Of a stretch of DNA of 64,000 nt, positions 55,631-64,000 are shown one piece after another. Each line of letters starts with the position of its first letter. The first letter of the stretch is position 1. The notes under the pieces are model-generated. The model saw nothing but the letters and a program-made list of their open reading frames with translations, was not told where the DNA came from and made no database searches. This DNA is from Chrysomallon squamiferum (taxonomy: Eukaryota > Animalia > Mollusca), in assembly GCA_012295275.1 (NCBI GenBank), contig CM022670.1, positions 17,174,001-17,238,000 on the forward strand, written 5' to 3'. A program made the position numbers and the translations under genes.

Positions 55631-57826
55631 AAAAACTGTTTGTAAGCTAGAATGTTCAATATGGAGTTTAATAGTGAGAAATACAGAAAACACATATTCT
55701 ATTTCACATTCAATTTATTTTGAGTTGTAATTTAACATTTTTTTAAAATATTACTATGACTGTATGCATGACAACAGCTAATGTCAGACTGTTTCAAATC
55801 ATGTATTACTCACACTTTGAAATAAACCAGGAGACCCCAAACATTTTTTTTAAAAGGACATAAATCCTTTCATCTTTGACACCTCTTAATTCACATAATT
55901 AACAGCAAGGAATAATTACTTAATAAAATTTAATAATAAACTATTAAAAGTAAACATTGCTGACTTATTGATAGTTTTAATGGGATGGATGAATGTGGCT
56001 GGTGATTATGGAGACACCAACCTTTGATGCAAAATTCAGGCAAAATATTGGAGATGATTTTGGCAAAGACATAAGAAATTGGTACTTAATGTCTTTATCT
56101 GTGTAAACTTTCAGGCAAATACAACATTCCTGCCCTCTTTAATCAAAGAGTTGCCAAATTTCTATAATTTATGTTCATGATCTTTGAGAAGATGACAAAT
56201 CAAATTTTGACTGCATTGAGCTACTTTTTTTGTTTGTTCCCTTCTTGAGTCTGAATTCAAAATGAGCATCATCCACACAAAAACTTGAGACTGCAAGTAA
56301 GAATAGTTTCATCACTTGCCAGTGTTTGAAATACTTGTCAAAAAGTATTTATATTACTCCACAAGTCCAAAATCTCAAATGATAACCTGTTTGCTTGTGA
56401 CCATCAGAAATTTCATGTTAATATCAACCATTTTGGAGACATCAAGAATAAACCACTGTTTATTCTTCAATATAAAATTATAAAAACTCTCAGAAACGTT
56501 TTCACAAATTGTTTAACACAGATTTCATCTCGACAGAAAGTAGTAAAATTTTTCAGTTTTATTCAAGATACAGATAATAATGAAACTTAACTTCAGTGAT
56601 TAACAAAGTGGATTCACTGAGAATCTGTTACAACATGGAAACTCACTGAAGAAATTGTTTAAAACGTCATTTCACAGAATTCCACACATCTTCTTTTTGT
56701 AGCTTTCTGCCTGAAAATAAAAACAAATTTAATAAATTACAAAATCAGTGTTTTGTATCTGTTTTTATTTTTATATCATTAAGAACTATCAAGGATTGTA
56801 AAATTACTACTATTTAGATAAAAAGTCATTCAAGTTACGTTATTATATAAGCAGAGAAAACCAGATGTAGGTCTATGAAATTATTACATAACAAAATCAA
56901 TGTGTGCGTGTGTGTAATACTGTGAAATATTAAATAACAAACCAGGGCAGCAGTGTGATTAGATATTTATTGATTCGTGTCAACAGCTTCTCTCTGACAC
57001 AAAACACACACACTGATATAAAATTATATTTAAGTAAAAGAAAATCTTTTAACATGTGGGATTCTGTGTCTATAACAAAATTACGTGAAATGAAATCACA
57101 GCCGTCATCGTTTTCTTTTTGCAGAACTGTCTTTTATCTTTAGATAAAACCTTGAAAACTGCTTTAAGATGAAAATATTGTAGTTACTCTTCAAACGCTG
57201 TTGAAAACCAGATATTGAAATTTGATAAAATAATTCAGTTTTGTTATTTTCTTTTTATTATTTTGTTTCTCTGAGATCTGTGAGGTATAAAAATGAAGCT
57301 AATATTGAGATTTTAACTTTTTATTTTTCATTTCTGTTTCTTCACCACCATTGTAATGATATTATAAATACTGTTTATGTCCTGAGTCAGATGGTCAAAA
57401 ATAAATAAAAATAATAATATGAAATAAAACAAAAGATACTTACTGAAATGCAGAGATGTTCATGAACTCCATCTAGTTGTCATTCTGAAGCCATTCTCAG
57501 TGAGTTATCTTTACAGTATTTCTTAATTTATTCCATAAACATTTTCCCTAACATCTCTTCTTGTTTAATCTACTACTTTTTTTTTTTTCAGACATAATCA
57601 AAAATTCTTCTTAAACTGTCAGTTTTGTGAGGACAACCACAAAGTTTGAGCTTTTTTCTTTCTTCTTTTTTTTTTTTTTCATATAAAGAGTAACAAAGAA
57701 AGAAGACATAGTTCGACTAATTATATAAACAGCACACAATTAACAAAGTCTGATGATTAGAAATTACACACAGTAAATAAAATATGTATCTATATATATG
57801 TATATGTATATATATTTGTATATATA

Positions 57827-58302
57827 TCACACCACTGCATCTTTGAAGAAAAGTTGGTCGATTTCTTGCTTGAGATCGTCAGGATTGACAGCACAGTCTG
57901 CATTTCTGCTCACGTCTTCCCTCCATTTTGAGGCGGGCATGAAGTTTGCTTGTTTTGGTGGGTAGTGGGAGCTGGGGGAACAGTGGGTGCTCTGGGAGGA
58001 GAAGGGTTTTCTCTGAGGGGTGAAGGTACTGAGGTCATTCGGTATCTGTGGCCGGCCGAACGTGTGCAGGGTGTGGTTCTGTCCGTACTGGTGAGGCCGC
58101 GGGGCGCTGTTGTAGTGGAACATGTTGTCGAACGACTGGGAATGTGCGGGGAATCGATTCTCAGGCTGATTCAGGTCTATTTCCTTCTTTGGCATCAGAG
58201 AATTCTTCTTGGCGGAGTGATTCCTGGCAGGCTTTTTGTCAACGGGAGTCGACCGACCTGCTCCACCGTGGAATGCAGTGGGATAAAACTGTCGCGCCTC
58301 TT
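57827..58302 (-). CDS. Pcdh: Protocadherin last coding exon
   Basis: Acceptor catttcag| at 58303. The phase-1 join (G|AA=Glu) runs in frame into the 57827..58195 ORF and ends ...NPDDLKQEIDQLFFKDAVV*. The EIDxLFFKDxxV end resembles mollusc protocadherin C-termini as I recall them. Confidence 0.88.
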
Positions 58303-58311
58303 CTGAAATGA

Positions 58312-58610
58312 TAATAACAGATATAACAACAACAACAGCAACAACAACAATTACAACAGCAGTAATAATAACAACACAATAATAACAATAGTAACAACAA
58401 TAGTAACAATAATAATATAATAATAATATAATAATAATAATAATAACAACAACAATTACAACAGTAATAATAATAAAAATAATAATAATAACAACAACAG
58501 TAAAAATAATAATAACAACAATAACAACAGTAATAATAATAACAGTAGCAATAATATAACAATAATAAAAACAACAATAATATTAATAATAATAACAACA
58601 ACAACAATAA
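58312..58610. repeat. Intronic (AAC/AAT)n tract directly upstream of the last-exon acceptor
   Basis: Mixed aac/aat triplets over ~300 bp. Confidence 0.9.
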
Positions 58611-59502
58611 AAATATAACTCAAAATAAAAACAGCATTCAACACACTAGAGAAATTCTTTATTAATGATGTGGCTCATTAGAACAGATTCAAGATAGAGT
58701 ATCAATAATCAATAGCACGCAGATTGCAAAATAATTTGACAATATCAAATTATCCTGTATATAATTTATGACATTAATAACTGTTGTATGTACTAGCATC
58801 TTCTCTTTATTTCAACACAGTATGAATCTCAAGTTTGTCTGTTAAATATCTTCATTTTCTTCTTCAGTGAATACTCAGACATACTTTGTTAAATATAAAC
58901 ACTTTGGGTTTAATGAACAAAAAGAATACAAAAGAACCTGTTTTTAAAAATAATGTCAAAACCAAAATAGTGGTATTCTAATTAGACGGAGAAACAATAG
59001 ATTAATACTTAATAGTTTAAATTAATGTAATATAAATAGGTGATAATGGTAAGCTGTTTATCAATAATACTTCATATGGATTTAATGACACTTTCTGTCT
59101 TGGTTTACTGAACTTCAAAGTGTTTTCGATACAACTGCACTCATAAGAAAAATTATTACTGAGATTAAAAACTGAAATGAACTGTGAATTGTGATCATGA
59201 AAGAAACATGCCAAATGAAGTGAAAATATATTAATTTTTTTCTTCAGTGTGAAATAAACTTTTTTTAGTCGTTGCTTCTTCTTCCATCTATCCTACACAT
59301 TTTGAAAGTGATTTTAAACTTGATTATGTTAATAAACCAACCTGTTTTAAAACTGGTATTAAACTTGATTAGATTAGGTTAATAAAACAACCCATTTTAA
59401 AACTAGTATTAAACTTGATTATTCTTTAAAAAAAACCCCAGTACATTTTCAAACATCACCAGAGCTTATGCTACATTCAGAAGACTTATAATATTGTATT
59501 TT

Positions 59503-59700
59503 AACATATTTATTTTACACTGAAACAGGTGAGATGTTGAAGAGAAACATTTTCAAAATGACCATTAACATATTTATTTACACTAAAACAGGTGAGTTGT
59601 TGAAGGGAAACATTTTCAAAATGACCATTAACATATTTATTTTACACTGAAACGGGTGAGTATTTGAAGGGAAACATGTTCAGGACAGACTCACCATTAA
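59503..59700. repeat. ~63-bp triplication abutting the protocadherin exon donor
   Basis: Unit aacatatttattttacactgaaacaggtgag...gaaacattttcaaaatgaccatt starts at 59503, 59567 and 59630. Confidence 0.9.
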
Positions 59701-59815
59701 GATCAGGACAGTTGCTGAGGTCCTCCTCACTGCCCCCATGTCCACTGTCGCTGGTCCCAGTCTCCACCTTCTCCTCCAGCTCAGGACGTTTGAGAATCTC
59801 CAGCAGGTTGTGATT
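59695..59815 (-). CDS. Pcdh: Protocadherin cytoplasmic exon with CM1-like DSGHGGSEED motif (121 nt, phase 0-1)
   Basis: Acceptor ttttgttcttgcag|, donor ATG|gtgagt, GC-rich. Reads NHNLLEILKRPELEEKVETGTSDSGHGGSEEDLSNCPDLN. DSGHG matches the conserved motif 1 core of delta-type protocadherins. Confidence 0.9.
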
Positions 59816-59934
59816 CTGCAAGAACAAAACATCTCTGAGTACACAGACACTGAGGTGGACTTAGAGATGAATGAAGGGAGAAAGAGAAAGTGGAGAGAAT
59901 TCAGTAATGATAGATAGACAAGTATAAACTGATG

Positions 59935-60330
59935 TAAACAATGGTGGTTTCAGGTAAATAAGGGTGGATTACTTGAAGCAGAGGGTGGATTAAGATAAAC
60001 GAAAATGTCTAGGTTCAGTTTTTGAGTTTCAGATTAAAGTAAACAAGTGTGGATTCAGGTAAACAAGGGTGGATTCAGATAAACAAGGGTGGATTCAGAT
60101 AAACAAGGATGGATTCAGGTAAACAAGGATGGATTCAGGTAATCAAGGATGGATTCAGGTAAACAAGGATGGATTAGGATAAACAAGGGTGGATTCAGGC
60201 AAATGAATATGGATTCAGGTTAGTAAGTGTGGGTTGACTGAGGTATAACTGAATGGATTTGGTTAACTGAATGTGGATTAAGGTAAACAAGGATGAATTC
60301 AGATAAACGATCACAGATTCAGGTAAAAAG
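59935..60330. repeat. 20-bp intronic minisatellite
   Basis: Unit aaacaagggtggattcaggt, best conserved at 60041-60200. Confidence 0.9.
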
Positions 60331-62412
60331 GGATCAAATGAACTCAACAAACTGAGGCAAGCAATGAGATCACTTGAAGTGAATTATAAAAAAGAGATAG
60401 ATAAAAACACAGACTACAGAACTGTGAGAAGATTAATGGAAACACAAGAAGAAAATGAATAAATATGACACGTGTTATATAATTATCCCCAACAGAACAA
60501 AACCTGTGAGTGTAATCAAACCATCTCGCACAGATGTAAGTCTTGTCACTTTTAAATAAGCCGTTTTCATGCTTAATAAAATCACATTATGGTAATGGAT
60601 ATTTCGTACCTCGCGCAATACATTTCCATATTCATCACTATTTTTGCACATTTGCGCTAGCCAGAAATTCTTGAAAAATGTGAACATGTTTTGTGAAAGC
60701 TGTGCACAAAAACGAAAACTGACGTTTTTATCTCAGTATGAAGGGAAGAATCCCATTATCTTAAGACCTACAAACAAGATCTTGAAGTTTTTATCCCTTT
60801 ATCAGAAAAGTGATTGTTTGGGGTGAATTAGACCTGATATATTGCATAAAGTGTGTGAGCTAATTTTGTCGGAGAAATGTGTCTGGATTAGAACATCCAC
60901 ACAAATGACAGGATGAGATTTCCTTGTCCTGTTTATGACATTATCTTGTATCGTGGTCCAGACTCCAATCAATAGAAAATCTTTCCTCTCTGAGATGATT
61001 GTGTCAAAATAGCATTCACTTGTCACATAAATATTTGCAATCTCTTCAAACATAGGAAATAGACTGATCTTTATTTTCGTGATGCACAACATTTGTTTTT
61101 TTACTATGTCAACATTGCTTTTTGAAAACCAGTTTGTACAGGGAGATGTATTCGTAACACTTATACTAATAATGGTTATTGAACTGTTATAAACAGCGTT
61201 ATGGTATAAATTAATTATTATTTCTGTTGGTGTCATATTTCTCTGTTTATCAAAACCAATTTATACTGGATACGTGTTTCAGTCTTTTGTAACATTCATT
61301 AATAATAATGATAATAAATATGATATCAGGCCAAGATAAATATCATTCATATATAGATTAATTATTATTTCCATGAAGTAATAGTTCTACATTATCATCA
61401 TCCTTTAATTTTTTATTATTATTATTTTTATTTTTTTTCACAAATAAGCTGTTTCATGTATGTGTCTGTAAACTGACAAGAATATAAACAGTTTAGGATA
61501 AATATAAATAATGTGTCTGACATCACTACCACAGTTTGGCTCTCACTCAGATCTTAACTGAAATATATTTTTTTGATTGTCGTCTTCAGTGACTGTGAAA
61601 TATTTCTAGTTGCAATCACCATCATTATTTGGCTTTTAGAAATCTCACTTGAAGTCTGTTTATTAAATCTCATTCTCAGTGTTCTGATGGTGTATTTCTA
61701 ATTCCACCCAGAGCTCTGTGACTACTACAGCTTGTTGGCTGAAATCTAGTTCCATCACTGGATTTATTAAAAGATGTCTATGCTTTCTTCCCTTTAGAAA
61801 AGTTTAAAAGAGTCCTTTTTGTTCATCTACATGAGCAGCTTGTGCAGTATTAGCTTTGTCTTTTGTATCTCTTTATTAAACAAAAGATGTGTGTTTAACA
61901 AATGATGCTGGCATAAAGAAGATTTCAGATTTTTGTAATATGAGGAGACAACATGAAAAAAGGAATTTAAGTCTAACCAACAAATCTCTTAATATTTTTG
62001 CAAACAGTTTTGTACAATTATATAAATTCAAATACTTTTGTGGGTGAAATAAAGTTTATGTACACCAAGACATAAAAAAACTGGATTTCAGAAATGTTTT
62101 TAATTTCAGATATTTGGTTAAAGGATGCTCAAATTAGTTTAAAAGTAAAATGTCAAAAGTAGACCAGTAGTGGGTTGGAACAAAAGTCAGGAGTTTTTTT
62201 CAGTAGGTAGTGTTTGAGCTGATGATTTCATTTCATATATGACTGAAATATCTGACATACAAAAATATTCTGATAGTGAACAAAATGATGCCTGTCTGGT
62301 GGAATAAATCTAAATATCATCTTTGAATTTCACTTAAAAAATGCTATGGACTTTTGTTCCAACCCAACAGTTGTAAGTTTGTAATCATTATAATGATATT
62401 TTCAAAGGGTAC

Positions 62413-62505
62413 CTCATGTTGATCCCAGTGTTTCTCTGGATTATTCAAAAGAGGGATGTCTTTGTCCAGAGGCTGGTATGAATTCTGTTGCAGTTCCAAA
62501 GTATT
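62413..62505 (-). CDS. Pcdh: Protocadherin cytoplasmic exon (93 nt, phase 0-0)
   Basis: Acceptor tgttgtttcag|, donor GAG|gtaccc. Reads NTLELQQNSYQPLDKDIPLLNNPEKHWDQHE with no stop and keeps frame with both neighbours. Confidence 0.8.
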
Positions 62506-62850
62506 CTGAAACAACATTTAACATTTTTATAGCAAAATTTTGTTAAAAAACAGAAGAAAAAAACACCAAAACTATGTTAAAAAAAAAAAAAAACATTGAC
62601 TATAAAAAAGCTATGTGAAAATGAAACGTTTGAGAAATATAATAAATTGCAATATTATATATATATTTATCAAATGCCATGACAGGTCTACACAGTGGGT
62701 CAACAATATATATATATGATCTTTGATGGATTTTACCCAGAAAAGGCAGTCAGTATTTCAAAGGTAAAAGTAAGAACTATGTAGCAGAGATTCTGCTTTT
62801 TATGGAGTGAAGTCTTCTGTGAAAAACAGCATTTATTGATAAAACATCTG

Positions 62851-62965
62851 AGATAGTACATTTATCTAGCCCAAAGGATGTTCTCATCTAGCCTAGAGCT
62901 GCCATTATCTCAGCAAGATGTGGGCCAATTTTGGGATATCTTTAGGCCAGATAAATGTGCTGTCT
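62851..62965. mobile_element. Short foldback, MITE-like relic in a protocadherin intron
   Basis: Left arm AGATAGTACATTTATCTAGCCCAAAG versus reverse complement of right arm AGACAGCACATTTATCTGGCCTAAAG (22/26). No clear TSD. Confidence 0.6.
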
Positions 62966-63929
62966 GTTATTGTTACAGCCAAATCTTATTAGGATTAAGA
63001 GGACATGTCATTGATGAAATTTATCTTTTCACAGAAATACATCTACCTCCATAATATTTACCCAGTCTGAACAAAAGTGTGTGCAGCTAGCTTTATCATC
63101 GCAAAAGTCTTTATTTATAGTTTAATCTTTATATTTATCTGTTTATTTATACAAGTAAATTCCATGATGAAAAAATGATTTACGTAACATTTCAACATCA
63201 GTAATTGATAGATTATTGATAAATCAGTTTATGATGTAATATAATTCAAGCATGCAGCTAAAAGGGACAGTTTGAGAAAAAAGTCACTCTTGATTATTGA
63301 CAGAAATATTTCTCCGTGTTTCTTTTGCTGCAGAGTTAAGAGTTCCTTTAGAAGATTAATGTTCCCACAGTTAGAACTGCCATGAAAGTCAATAACCAAT
63401 GTGTGCCAAGTTGAACGGCAATTTCTTTGAAGTTCTATTTTATTATTTCTTTTAATAAAAGTGTGAAGCAGTCTACTTGCGCTGTGTACATGCAGGTTAT
63501 TCAGTTAAAATAATAATCCTACTTGTATAATCAGTGAGACAGAATTGTGTTTGCAGGCATGTTTAAATACGTCAGATAAATCAATTCAATAATGAATTTT
63601 ATTGCTGTTGTTGTCAACACAAATTTACAGCATGTTCAGAAATAATAAATATGTTTGTAGTCTCGTAAAAACCTTTCTTTTAATACCTGGGGAAAAAGAA
63701 GTTTTCTAAATATTTGAATTAAATATGTGAACTGTCTCCAGAACATTTAAAAACATTAACTGTGTTGCATATGTGTGGGTGTGTTTATGTGTGTGTGAAT
63801 TATAATTTATTATTCATTTCTTTTGTAAATATATGTATGTATGTTTGTGTTTGTGTCTGAATGCCTGTGTAATAACTGTAGTGTGTATCTGTATCTGTCC
63901 ATTATTAAACTGGTTATAAAAAAACTTAC

Positions 63930-64000
63930 TGTTTGTGACTCATTTGGATTACGGAATGTTGTGAAAGAAGCAATGCCAGATGAACCACTTGTGTTATGAG
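63930..64000 (-). CDS. Pcdh: Protocadherin, end of upstream exon (start of cytoplasmic region; exon continues beyond the window)
   Basis: Open frame HNTSGSSGIASFTTFRNPNESQT ending at a strong donor ACA|gtaagt (63929). Phase 0 matches the next exon. The HNTSGS...FxTF pattern resembles what I recall from lophotrochozoan protocadherin tails. Confidence 0.8.

Noticed and set aside
57950-58311. Plus-strand ORFs of 118 and 87 aa
   Set aside because: Antisense shadows of the GC-rich protocadherin last exon.
63640-63690. Acceptor-like ttctttttccccag on the minus strand as an extra protocadherin exon
   Set aside because: The phase-0 frame stops after 16 codons and no good donor follows. The 63930-62505 join already keeps frame.

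Overview
AT-rich, microsatellite-rich animal genomic DNA. Protein motifs and repeat types suggest a lophotrochozoan, probably a mollusc; this is an inference. Almost all ORFs in the supplied track are simple-repeat artefacts. The one well-supported gene is the 3' part of a minus-strand protocadherin, with four in-frame exons (>64000-63930, 62505-62413, 59815-59695, 58302-57827) encoding the cytoplasmic tail. It has a probable ~3.4 kb 3' UTR that appears to contain an intron or alternative last exon. The left end (1-~9.6 kb) looks like the intronic 5' part of another minus-strand gene, with a CpG-rich non-coding exon at ~1642-1960. Between these lies ~40 kb of CpG-retaining non-coding DNA. It holds enhancer-like blocks, a truncated RNase H-type LINE, a MITE, several minisatellites, and a 1.5 kb TA-flanked pogo-like transposon relic carrying two tandem tRNA-like folds and a decayed PHD finger. 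A second MITE-like foldback sits in a protocadherin intron. No prokaryotic-type system (CRISPR, operon, rRNA) is present. All calls were made by eye and none was checked against a database.
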